NCBI RefSeq assembly: GCF_009914755.1
Contig: NC_060932.1
Strand: one strand, 5' to 3'
Length of the DNA: 64,000 nt
Origin: the human T2T-CHM13v2.0 reference genome, Homo sapiens
Positions 14,950 to 27,339 of the stretch are shown here, piece after piece (position 1 is the stretch's first letter; every line of letters starts with the position of its first letter). Position numbers and translations under genes: made by a program. The notes under the pieces are model-generated. The model was not told the origin of the DNA. It ran no database searches and saw only the letters and a list, made by a program, of their open reading frames with translations.

Positions 14950-15643
14950 TATATTTCTTTGAAGCCAAAATCCTATCTAGTTTAAGACACATCGTTATTT
15001 TGTCTATTTAAAAAATGCTGTCGAATTACTCCAGTAAGTTTTTCTTAATATTTATTATGCTTATTAAAATATATTTTAGGCATATTTATACAAATGTCTT
15101 ACTATATATCAATGTCGAGCATATATAAAAATTTTCTAGTGAAATTAGTGGGTTAAGAATTTCTAAAATAATTTTACATTCAGACACTTCTGAATAATTT
15201 TTTTACTCAGACTTACTAATGTCTGAGTTTTCCCTTATAACATTATCTTCCATACCATCATAAGTATTAGTAATACAGCATTTTTAAGTGCTTTAGTGGT
15301 ATCTCAGGAATATTATTCCAAACTCTGGATACAATTCTGCAAAATTTGATGCATATACCTTCTTGAACTTACAAGATGTCATTAAACAGTTCCTAAGACA
15401 ACAATCAGGATTCACGTAAGAGCCTTCACAAATATCTCTTACATGGTTTTTATCTGAAACATTAAAAAATTGCAGATGTCCAGTCATGACAACAGGAATA
15501 ACAACTAAGGAAACACTAAGAATGACAACCACATCAAAATTGCCACTTGAGCAATTGTGATTCAAAGATGTCATTGATTAAGATGCATTCCAATGACAAA
15601 AATGCAAAAATTAAAAAGATGTGTCAAAGTCAGTGAGGTATTT
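14950..15643 (-). mobile_element. Kanga/MER104-like (TcMar-Tc2) deleted DNA transposon
   Basis: Degenerate terminal sequences at both ends resembling the MER104/Kanga terminus. ORF 15293-15574 contains LVVIPVVMTGHLQFFNVSDKNH, a decayed DDE_1 motif (IPGGxTxxLQPLDVxVNKPFK). Confidence 0.65.
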
Positions 15644-15659
15644 ATCTCTGTTTCTGCAG

Positions 15660-15889
15660 AGTCTGTGCTTGTTAGAGGTAAGGGTGGTGGTTACACAATG
15701 GAGATGACTAGATAGGTACATAAAGGCAATTTCTTAATTACTGCTAATGTTTGGCTTCTCAACATACTTGCTGGTTTCACTTTTGTGTTAAATTAATCCA
15801 AATTCTCCAGATTGGACATTCATAACATATGTGCTCTCCTGTATGTATGTTATGCTTCAATAAAAAGTTTTTAAAATCTATAAGAGCCA
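15660..15889 (+). repeat. Local inverted duplicate of 19594-19829 (L1ME 3' end plus a short flank)
   Basis: Hand alignment: about 16 mismatches plus one 6-bp indel over ~230 bp. Confidence 0.92.
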
Positions 15890-15919
15890 AAATTCTTCGG
15901 AATGTTCTCTTTATATATC

Positions 15920-17020
15920 AGATGGTTTTCATGGAGTATGTGATTAAAACTATCAACCACATTAAAGTACATTCCCTTAATTCATGACTGTTGATGCAGC
16001 TCTGTGAGGAGACAGATGCAGAGCACATAAGTCCTCTCTTATACACAGAAGTGAGAGAAGTTTCTAAAGGTAGATCACTGACCAGAGTTTTTGAGTTATT
16101 AGAGGTGCTCCAGAGATTTCTTTAAGACAGACAGTCACCACTGGCAGTACATTCCAGTGACACAGAATGAGTCACAAAACTTGCTTGCTTGTGTGCCATA
16201 TTCAACCTGCTCAACAAACTCAATCTATCACTTTAGGGGAGAACAACTACTGTGTTTAAGTTGGCAGATAAAATGGTTGCATTCAAAGCCAAACTGGAGT
16301 TATGTGGGTGACGAGTAAACATTTTTGACCTGTTTCAAACACTAGCAGAAATTCTGAAAGAGATTGAACCAGGGCCTTCTTGCTCCCATCTGGTGAATGA
16401 TCACCTGTCTCAGCTTTCAAAAGAGTGTGAGCATTACTTCCAAACCAGAAACTTCCCCAAACTGGGAAGGAATGGATTTACAACCCATTTGTGAATAAGC
16501 CCAGTAAATCACCTTTGTCCGTGGTAAGAGGATTAACTGTTTGAGATCATAAATGATGGTGGCCTTAAAAGTATGTTTGAGACAACTTCAAATCTCCATA
16601 TGTTCAGATTAAAGTCAAGGCAGAATATCCTGAGATTGCTACAAAAACACTAAAGAGCTTGTTTCCATTTCGAACATCCCATTTTTGAAAGAGGGGTTTT
16701 CTGTAGTGACAGTAACCAAAATAAAATTACAAAGTAGAGTGAACATAAGCAACACACTTCGGGTGTCACTGTCTCTGATCATCCCCAGATGGGACCATCT
16801 AGTTGCAGGAAAACAAGCTCAGGGCTCCCACTGATTCTACATTATGGTGAATTGTATAATTATTTAATTATATATCACAATGTAAATGGAATAATAATAG
16901 AAATAAAGTGCACAGCAAATGTAATACCCTTAAATCATCCTGAAACTATCCACTCACCAACACCCTGGTCTGTAGAAAAATTGTCTTCCATGAAACTGGT
17001 CCCTGGTGCCAAAAAACGTT
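15920..17020 (+). mobile_element. Charlie3 (hAT; autonomous partner of MER1), 3' fragment with decayed transposase
   Basis: Translates to a hAT/Buster-like peptide (VIKTINHIK..LLYTEVR..SKGRSLTRVFEL..IFNLLNKLNLSL) with stops. 3' part matches the MER1 end (GCAGGAAAACAAGCTCAGGGCTCCCAC...CCCTGGTGCCAAAAA). Confidence 0.85.
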
Positions 17021-17107
17021 ACATTTAAAAGAAAATACTGATTTAACCAACCACTGTTTTAACCACTGATTTAACAAATAGAAAAATTTAAGATATTTTG
17101 AGGATTA

Positions 17108-17652
17108 GTTGTGTTGCAGGAACTATTATTCACTGAAATCTATATTCTCTTTAACTTTGTGGACACACAGCTTGACTGCACACTTGGTCTCCCTTGCAGT
17201 AGCCATTTAATTGAGCAATAGATAATACGCTGGGATGAAAGTAAAGCATTTCGCTTACAAGCTCGCTTCATAAGAATCTCCTAAGCATATTTCTTTTTGC
17301 TTTAGTCAACTTCTGATTGGCTGGAATGTAAATGAGTGGAGTGATTTTATAAGCCACCTATTGTAACTGTGATGTAAGCAAGAAATAAACTTTTTTTGCA
17401 AGCTTGTCCAACCAACCTTATTTTTTTGTTGTTCTATTTTGTTTTGTTTTAGGCTTTTAGCAGCCTGAAGCCTTGGTTTTTAGTTTCTGTCTCTAGTGGT
17501 AAGCAGAAAAGAGGCATGAGGAAGAGGCTTTACTGGCCCAAACAGAAACAGAAACTAAGAACCAATGACTGTATTCCCACCTCTGGACACCCTTAGAAGG
17601 CACTGTAGATATCTGGGATTATTTGTTAGAGAAGCTAATTTTACATTAATAT
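17108..17652 (+). mobile_element. MLT1-class MaLR LTR relic split by MER107
   Basis: CTCCCTTGCAGT..., GCAAGAAATAAACTTTT | ..GGCACTG..TGGGATTATTTGTTA, a typical MLT1 3' end. Confidence 0.6.
17399..17595 (-). mobile_element. MER107-like hAT-Charlie MITE
   Basis: MER30-type ends CAAGCTTGTCCAACC...TGGACACCCT; internal inverted repeat GGTTTTTAGTTTCTGT / ACAGAAACTAAGAACC. Confidence 0.75.
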
Positions 17653-17973
17653 AGTGAGGCTGTAAAGTCTGTGGAGGACAAAATTTTACATATTAACTAG
17701 TCAAAAGGAGAATAAAGATTTGCTTTAAAAATTAAAAAATCTACTGAGGTAAAGGTCTAAATACATGCCTTAACTATGTTATTTATTTTATTCAATATTC
17801 ATTGTATGTGGACTCTGAGAAACAGTGATGAGTGATGAGTCAGACAGTAAGATATAGCTCATTTCCTCAAAAGTCTTACTTCAGATGTGGTTAATTTCCT
17901 CAGAAGACATTTGTGAATGTTCTTCAAAATAAGAAAATTGAGTAATCAGGGTCCAAAATTCTGCACCATAAAC

Positions 17974-19067
17974 TGTTGCGGGAAGTCAGGGACCCCAAAC
18001 GGAGGGACCGACGGAAGCCATGGCAGAAGAACATAAATTGTGAAGATTTCATAGACAATTATTAGTTCCCCAAATTAATACTTTTATAATTTCTTACACC
18101 TGTCTTTCCTGCAATCTCTGAACATAAATTGTGAAGATTTCATGGACATTTATCACTTCCCCAATCAATACTCATAATTTCCTATGCCTGTCTTTACTTT
18201 AATCTCTTAATCCCGTCATCTTCGAAAGCTGAGGATTTATGTCGCCTCAGGATCCTGTGATGATTGTGTTATCTGCACAAATTGTTTGTAGGGCATGTGG
18301 GTTTGAACAATATGAAATCTGGGCACCTTGAAAAAAGAACAGGATAACAGCGATGTTCAGGGAACAAGGGAGATAACCATTAGGTCTGACTGCCTGAGTG
18401 CCAGGCAGGACAGAGCCGTATTTCTCTTGTTACCAAAAACGGGTAAGAGAAATATCGCTGAATTCTTTCCCCAGTAAGGAATATTAATAATTAACAGCCC
18501 TGGGAAAATAATGCATTCCCGGAGGGGGGCCTGTAAAATGGCCGCTCTGGGAGTGTTGCCTTATGCAGTTGAAGATAAGGGATGAAACATGCCCTAGTCT
18601 CCTACAGCACCCCCAGGCTTGCTAGAATTAGGAAACTCCAGCCTGGTGAATTCTTGTCAGACCAGTTCTCTGCTCTTGAACCCTGTTTCCTGCTAAGATG
18701 TTTATCAATGGCAATGTGTGCCTAGTGGGACATGGACCTTCATTAGCAATTCTAGTTTCACCCTGACCTTGTGATCTTGCCTTGACCTTCTGCCTTGTGA
18801 TCTTTTATTACCCTTGAAGCATGTGATCTCTGTGACCCACACCCTATTTGTACACTCCCTCCCCTTTGAAAATCGCTAATAAAAACTTGCTGGTTTTGTG
18901 GCTCAGGGGGCATCAGGGAACCTGCCAACATGTGATGTCTCCCCCGGACACCCAGCTTTAAAATTTCTCTCTTTTGTACTCTTTCCCTTTATTTCTCAGA
19001 CCGGCCGACACTTAGGGAAAATAGAAAAGAACCTACGTTGACATACTGAGGGCTTATTCCCCTGATA
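17974..19067 (+). mobile_element. MER11 (B/C) solo LTR of HERV-K11/HML-8
   Basis: Starts TGTTGCGGGAAGTCAGGGACCCC; 1094 bp; AATAAA at 18878; perfect 6-bp TSD ATAAAC (17968-17973 and 19068-19073). Confidence 0.93.
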
Positions 19068-19611
19068 ATAAACCATGGTCAAAATAATTTTAGCATAGGA
19101 CATTCAAAGCATATTAAATCAAATGTTCAGCATAATGATAAATAAATTCCAAAAAGTATCCTTGCAATCTTAAATTTCAGAAATATTTGTGGGACTTTGT
19201 GAAACCCCCTCCAAGCTCGGTTATTTGCAAAATATATGATAACAAACTGCATTACCTGATTTGCTAAACAAAGGTTTTGGCTATAAGTCAACCTAACTGT
19301 GAAGAACATTTTTCAAAAATGATGATTTGGGTTGAAAAATAATTGTCTTTGAATGCTTCTTTCTGACAATAAAGAATGAGGCAATGATCTGTTAGGGTCA
19401 AATCCAGTTGGTGACAGTGAAATGTTATAATCAGCATAGTGCAAGCTTTTCTACTCTCAGTGGCAGTCGGCAGGTATTTATCTCGATCAGAAGTGTGTTC
19501 ATTAGGTGATAATTAATGTTTGAGTTAAAAAAATAAGATATTTCAAAGTGATGAAAACCATCTGATATATAAAGAGAACAGTTTTATTAATGCTGGCCCT
19601 TATAGATCTTA

Positions 19612-21050
19612 AAACCTTTTTATTGAAGGATAACATACATACAGGAGAGCACATATGTTGTAAATGTCCAATTTGGAGAATTTGGATTAATTTAACACAA
19701 AAGTGAAACCAGCAAGTATGTTGAGAAACAGAACATTAGCACTTATTCAGAAATTGCCTTTATGTACCTTTCTAGTCATCTCCATTTCCATTGCTTAACC
19801 ACCACCCTTACCTCTAACAAGCACAGACTAGTCGTACCTTTTTTTTTCCTACTCTTTGTACCTGAAAAAATATAGAATGCATTGGTTTGTATTTGGCATT
19901 TTTTTTCGCTTTTGTTGTCCACACTAGCTGTGTGAGATTTTTCTGTAATGTTAATGTTTTACATATGTTTAATTCTAGTAGGAATAGTTAAAAATTTTCC
20001 AAGGTGGTTTAACCAATGTACATTTCCATCAGCAGTGTATGAAATTCTAATTACTCTATGCCCTTGCCAACACTTGTAAGACTTATTATAGTTATTAACC
20101 ATTTTGATGTTGCCCTTTATGCAGTACCTGTTCAACATTTTTGCCCATTTTTGAGTGAGGGAGGTTGTCTCTCTTTTGCTTATTGATTCATAGGAACTGT
20201 ATGTAGAGACACACATAAATATATGTGCATGCCTATTTAGATACAAGTTCTTTGTTAGATAGATGTATTGTGAATATCTTCTCTAACTTTGGTTTGCCTT
20301 TTTACTTTTTTAATTGTATGTTTCAATGAACACAAGTTCTTAGTTTTATCTAATTTTCATTTTTTCATTTTTATGGACTTGTGTTTTTTCTCGTTTTACT
20401 AATTTTTGCCTACTCTAGAGTTGCAAAGTTTTTCCTATGCTTTTCACAAAAATTGTATTATCTTTCATTATAAAATCCATTTAAAGTTATTTTTTCACAT
20501 AATATTGATATAAGGTATTCAGTTGCCTCAAGGCCATTTATTGAAAAGTATATACTTTTCCCATAACATGTGAGTCATGTTTTTCACAAATCAGGTAAGA
20601 ATAAATATGTGGCTCTCTTTCTGGACTTTCTATTATGTTCCATTGGTTAGTTTATTTATCCTTGCACAAATTCCATGTTTTCTTAATTATTACAGGTTTA
20701 TAATAGGTCCTAATATCTAGTAATGTAGACTTTCATTAGCTTTGTTTACTTTCTTCTAAATTGTTTTGGCGATTCCAGGCTTTTGTATTTCCATATAATT
20801 TTTACACTTTGGGTGTCAACTTCTGCAAAAAAAAATTAAATTCTGGCATTTTGACTGGCATTGTATTGACTTAATTGATAAATTTGGGTAAGAGTAACGT
20901 TGTAAAATATTGACTCTTTCAACCTACGAATATGATATATATCTCATTTATTTATGCTTTTAACTTATTTCAATAATATTTTGTGATTGTCAGTGTAGTA
21001 GTCTTACTGTGATTTCATTAGATATATTCTTGGGTATTTGATGCCCTTTG
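19612..21050 (-). mobile_element. Ancient L1M (L1ME/MD class), 3'UTR plus ORF2 part
   Basis: Minus-strand poly(A) signal and L1 3' motifs; ORF 19959-20246 shows a decayed ORF2 C-terminus (KWAK..KCWQG..YTADGNVHWLNH). Confidence 0.75.
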
Positions 21051-23380
21051 GTCCTTGCAGTCATTTAAAAATGTAATTTAATTACCAAAAAAGAAAAAGT
21101 CATTAACCACAGGATTATGCTGAGACTATAACTAGCTCTTTCAAATGGTGTCAAGATCCAAGAGGAAATCAAGTACAATACAAACAGTCACATACTATTC
21201 TATACACATCTTTCCTGAAGGGAGAATATAACACTTTTGAAATTGTAGTAATAGCAACTGCATTCTGTTTACAGAACAAAGAAATCAGACCAGTGTTAAA
21301 CAATCCTAGGTAATAATCTGATATTTTGGGTGAATCAAGAAACTGGCTTTTTAAAAATAAAATGATTTAACTCACTTCCTAAAACATAAAAAACTGTCAA
21401 AATTTTCGATAAAAAATTCAAAACTATCAACACCTTCAAAGTGGAACTTAATTTTTTTGGAAGTAAAAAATAACAATCCTTTTTTGCTTTATTAGTATTC
21501 CTTTGACTCTTAAGGAGTTTAAGCTTTCTCATTATTTTCTATGGCACATTTAAATTTCTTCTTTTATCTGTTTGTTTCTTTAACTTATCTCGTAGGTTCA
21601 GGGGTATACGTGCAGGACAGTTAGAGAGGTAAATTGCATGTCATGGGAGTTTGGTTTACAGATTATTTCATTACCCAGGTAATAAGCATAGTACCCAAAA
21701 GGTAGCTTTTTGATCCTCTTCCTCCTCCTGCCCTCCACCCTCAAGTAGGCCCCAGTGTCTGTTTTTTCCTTCTTGGTGTTTACATGGTCTCAATATTTAG
21801 CTCCCACTTAAAAGTGAGAACGTGCTATATTTGGTATTCTGGTCCAGCATTAGTTTGCTTAGGCCTCTGGTTGCATCCATGTTGCTGCAAAGGACAAGAT
21901 CTCATTCTCTTTTATGCCTGTGCAGTATTCCATGGTGTATATGTACCACGTTTTCCTTATCTAATCTACTGTTGACAGGACATTTAGGTTGATTTCATGT
22001 CTTTACCATTGTGAATAGTACTGTGATGAACATATGAGTGCATGTGTCCTTATGGTAGAATGATTTATATTCCTTTGGTTATATACCCAATAATTAGATT
22101 GCTTGGTCGAATGGTAATTTAAGTTCTTTCAGAAACTGTCATACTACTTTCCACAATGGCTGAACTAATTTATATTCCCATCAGCAGTGTATAAGTGTTC
22201 CCTTTTCTCCACAACCTTTTGACTTTTAGATAATACCCTTTCTGACTGGTGTGAGATAGTATCTCATTTTGGTTTTGATTTGCATTTCTCTAATAATTAG
22301 TGATGTTGAGCATTTTTTTGTACGCTTGTTGGCCATACGTATGTCTTCTTTTGAAAAGTATCTTTTCATGTCATTTGCCCACTTTTTAATGGAGTTGTTT
22401 GTTTTTTGCTTGTTAATTTGTTTATGTTCCTTATAGATTCTGGATATTAGACCTTTATCAGATGCATAGTTTGCAATTATTTTCTCTCTTTCTGTACATT
22501 GTCTTTTTACTCTCTTGATAGTTTATTTTGCTCTGTAGAAGCTCATTGTTTTAATTATATCCAATTTGTTAATTTTTGGTTTTCTTGCAATTGCTTTCAA
22601 TGTCTGTCATGAAATTTTTGCCAGGGTCTATGGCCAGAATGTTATTTGCTAGGTTAACTTCCAGGATTTTTACAGCTTTAGGTTTTACATTTGAGTCCTT
22701 ATCCATCCTGAATTCATTTTTGTGTACGGTGTAAGAAGGGGTTCAATCTGCTGCATATGTTTAGCCTGTTGTCCCAGCATCATTAATTGAATAGGGAGCC
22801 ATTTCCCCTTTGCTTGTTTCTGTCAACTTTATCAAAGATTAGATAGGTGTGCAGCATTATTTCTTGGCTGTCTGTTCTATTCCATTCATCTATGTGTCTA
22901 TTTTTGTACCAGTACCATGCTGTTTTAGTTACTATAGTCTTGCAGTATAGTTTGAAGTCAGATAACGAGATGCCTCCAGATTTGTTCTTTTTTCTTAGGA
23001 TTGCCTTGGCTATCTGGGTTCTTTCTTGGTTCCATATGAATTTAAAATAGTATTTTCTAGTTCTGCCTGTTAAAAATGTTGGTAGTTTCATAGGATTAGT
23101 ATTAAATCTGTAAATTGCTTTGGGCAGTATATCCATTTTAATGATAGTGATTCTTTCTATTCATGAGCATGGCGTGTTTTTCCATTTACTTCTTTCTTCT
23201 CTGATTTCTTTGAGCAGTATTTTGCAATTGTCATTGTAGGTATCTTTAACCTGTCTGGTTAGCTGTATTCCTAAGTATTGTATTCTTTTTGTGAGTATTT
23301 TAAATGAAATTGCATTCTTGATTTGGCTCTCAGTTTGACAGTGTTGGTGTACAGGAATTCTACTGAGTTTTGTACATTGA

Positions 23381-23837
<457 letters not shown>

Positions 23838-24514
23838 TCCTTTTATTTCTTTCTATTGCCTGATTGCCCTGGCTAGGATGTCCATTATTATGTTGAATAG
23901 GAATTATGAGAGAGAGAGTGCATCCTTGTCTTGTTCTGGTTTTTGAGGGTAATGTTTCCAGCTTTTGCCTGTTTAGAATGATGCTGGCTATTGAGTTTCC
24001 ATAGATGGCTCTTATTATTTTAAAGTGTGGTCCTCAATGCCTCGTTTGCTGAGAGTTTTTAACATTAAGAGATGTTGAATTTTATCAAAAGCTTTTTCTG
24101 CATCTATTGAGGTGATCACGTAATTTTTGTTTCTAGTTCTGATCATGTGATAAATCACATTTATTGATTTGCATATGTTAAGCCAGCCTTGCATCTCAGG
24201 GATAGAGCTTACCTGATTATGGTAGATTGGTGTTTTTTCGTGTGCTGCTGGATTCAGTTTGCTAGTATTTTGTGAAGATTTTTTTTCGTTGAAGTTCATC
24301 AAGGATATTGGCCTGAAGTGTTATTTTTTTCTTCTTGTGTCTCTGCCAGGTTTTGGTATCAAGATGATGCTAGCCTGAGAATAAGCTAGGGAGCAATTTT
24401 TCCTCCTCAATTTTTTGGAACTGATTCTGAAAGAATAGTTTCAGCTTTTTTTTATATATCTGGTAAAATTTGGCAGTCATTCTGACTGGTGCTGGGCTTG
24501 TTCTGTTTGGTAGT

Positions 24515-24802
24515 TGTATCACTCTGCTTATACACAGATATAAAGAACTACCTGAGACTGGGTAATTTATAAATAAACAAGGTTTAGTTGACCCACAGTT
24601 CTGCATGGCTGAGGAGGCCTCAGGAAATTTACAATTATGGAAGATGTTGAAGGGTAAGCAAGGTATATTTTCCATGGTGGCAGGAGGTGGCAGGGGACCA
24701 CCATACACTTTTAAACCATCAGCTCTCATGAGAACTTACTCATTGTCATGAAAACAGCATGGTAGAAACTGCCCCCATATTCCAATCACCTCCCTTGACA
24801 TG
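24515..24802 (-). mobile_element. THE1D/MSTA-class MaLR LTR with its 5' end lost
   Basis: ACCTGAGACTGGGTAATTTATAAA...GAGGCCTCAGGAAA...CCAATCACCTCCC. Confidence 0.88.
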
Positions 24803-27339
24803 ACAAGATCTTATTCTTTTCTCGTGCCTGTGTAGCATTCCATGGTGTGTATATTCATAGGATTTGCTGAGCAGCAAAAATAGCAGCCTGCTGGCTCCCT
24901 CTGGGAGCTCCCTCCCAGGGAAGCACAGAGCTGCTACCGACCCAAAGCCCTGGTGGAAGGGTCCTTGGGGTACCAAGTCAGGGGGCCCTGTCCAGTGAGG
25001 CATAGTAGAGGAGGCCCTACATGGAAAACAATCTGACTGCTTTTCCGTAAGGCAGCTGCAAGGTGCTGGGTGTCCCTGTTAGTCTGTGATCACTATGCTC
25101 CCCCCTGAGCCTGAGGACAATAGGAGCTAGGGCTGCAAAGCAGGAGAAATGGTGACCTGCCTACTCCCACTTCCCTGGGAGCTCCATACCAGGGAAGTGC
25201 AAAGCTGCTCCTGGCCAGAGAGCTCAGGTGGACCTGGGGTGGCTGTGCTAGGGTGCCAGTGCAGTGGGCACCATCTGATGAGGTTCAGTGAAGACTAGGC
25301 CCACAGTCCATCTATTGTCTAGCCCTGTGGATATGGCCCCTATTCTGGGGGCATGTGAAGGAGCCTGGCCTCACCCCTTGCTAGAGCTGTAGCCACTGGT
25401 GCCATGGTGCTCAGGGATCCATGGCTCCTGGAACTCCTTGTGTGCCTGAATGGCAGCTCTGCCGAGACCACACAGCTCTCCATGTCAGTCTGAAGGCCCC
25501 ACTGAGGAGCTCATGAGGGATCTCTTTAGCTCAAGGTTGCAAAGGTTCAAGGCAGAAGTGTGGGTCCTTGGGGACTCTCACTTCCTCACCTTTTCTCTGT
25601 GGTGGGGGGCCTCCCCTGGCTCCATGCCACTCTCAGGCCATTGTCCTATCTCACTCCTCTCTGTTCTCAGTAGGTCACCTTAATTTCTTGGTGAAGCCTA
25701 GTGTGCACCCCTGGATGATCCCGTTGAAGACTTTGTGTTTACTCACCATTCTTTCTTCTCTCCCTGAGAGTGGCACACTCTAGTTGCTTTCTAGTCAGCC
25801 ATCTTGGCTGGAGAATCGAGTTTAATTCTTAACTAAATTTTTACTTTGCAATTTTTCAGTAAATCTAGTGGCAAAACAATCTTAACTGTTAATTATTAAT
25901 CTTAATTATTTTTCCTGGAATCTGGAACTGGATATTTGTAGAAACCCAGCCAGAAGAGAACAACCATGTGCAAGTAAATCTTAGCAAATTAATAATAAAA
26001 AGCCAACTTCCTTAACTTGTACAATAATATTTATACCAAATATTGCTCTTACTAGTATAATATTACCTAGATTCATTTTCAAATTATGACCACAATATGA
26101 TACTCATTATGATTACTGTTTTTGATCATTTGCCTAGTCTGTACAATAATTTAAGAAAAATGTAAGGAAAATATCACAATGAGAAAAGAATGAATTAAGC
26201 TATTGTTACTTACAAATAGTTGCATGCACTGAAGTTCCCTCCAAGAGAATCAACAATTAATTTTTTAGAATTAAGAGATTTTTTCAAGGTTGCTCTATGT
26301 AAGATCAATTTAAATGAATAAATTCTGCACCCAAGCAACAAACAGAAAAAGTATGCAACTAAATAGAGAACATTCATAATAGCAACAAAATAAGATGCCT
26401 AAGAATAAACCTACCAGAATATGTAAAATACTTATGCAGAAATATATAAAACATTATTGAAAAGTAATTAAAAATATAAATTGAAAATAGCAGTGTTATA
26501 ATGATCAAATCTCTCCAAATGGATTTATAAATCAGATTTATTTATAAATAACAGTAGGGATTTTCCGGAAATTTGACAAGTTAATTCTAAAGTAATAAAA
26601 CAAATGGCCCAGAAGAACTAAGACACTCCTAAGGAATGAGAACAAGATGGGAGGATTTCTCTTCCAAATATTGCGTTATGGTAAAATTTCAGTGATTAAG
26701 ATAACATACTATTGATTCAGGGAGGATCAAAGAAATCAGTGGCAGATAGTTGAAAACTCAAACCACACTGATGCACAAATGTAAACCCAAGTAGGACTAT
26801 TTCACGAACAGTAATGAAACAACTTGTTATTTATGTGGAATAGTGGAATTTAAGTGGAAAGAATGATTCTGAATAAGTTAAAGTGGTGAGTATGGAAGTC
26901 ACTATCTAACTCTTTTAACATCAAATACAAGAAAAAAAATCTTGAAGTAGTAGAGGATTTAGAAAGTCCTCAAATGCAACAACTATAAGAATAAATGGTA
27001 AATTTTACTTCTTTAAATACTAAAACTTATTTTTTTCTTCAAAAAACTCCAAATAAAAATGAAAACCCAAGCCAAACACTGAGATAAGGCATTTCTATTC
27101 TAATATCAACACAAATTATTATACAGACCATATCAATAACTCTTCTAAATTAATAAAAGAAAATACAAACAACCTATAAAAATGATCAAAACTACAAATA
27201 GTAATTTTATAGAAGAAAAATGAATGCTTGATAAAGATATGAAAAGATATTCTATGTCATTAATTATCAGGGACTGTTTCACACCCACCAGCTTGACACA
27301 AATGAAAATGTCTGAAGCTATCAAGTGTAGCTACGAATA

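Noticed and set aside
16760-17020. Similarity to ~50665-50900 as a segmental duplication
   Set aside because: It is the shared 3' end of Charlie3 and its derivative MER1A.
17470-17566. Hairpin as a miRNA/snoRNA gene
   Set aside because: It is the intrinsic internal inverted repeat of the MER107-like MITE, with no independent evidence for an RNA gene.
18030-18195. Direct repeat AACATAAATTGTGAAGATTTCAT within the LTR
   Set aside because: As I recall, this internal duplication is part of the MER11 consensus.
24860-25817. GC-richer block as a host promoter or CpG island
   Set aside because: It is a CpG-depleted old L1 5'UTR. The same applies to 2082-2750 and 46850-47297.
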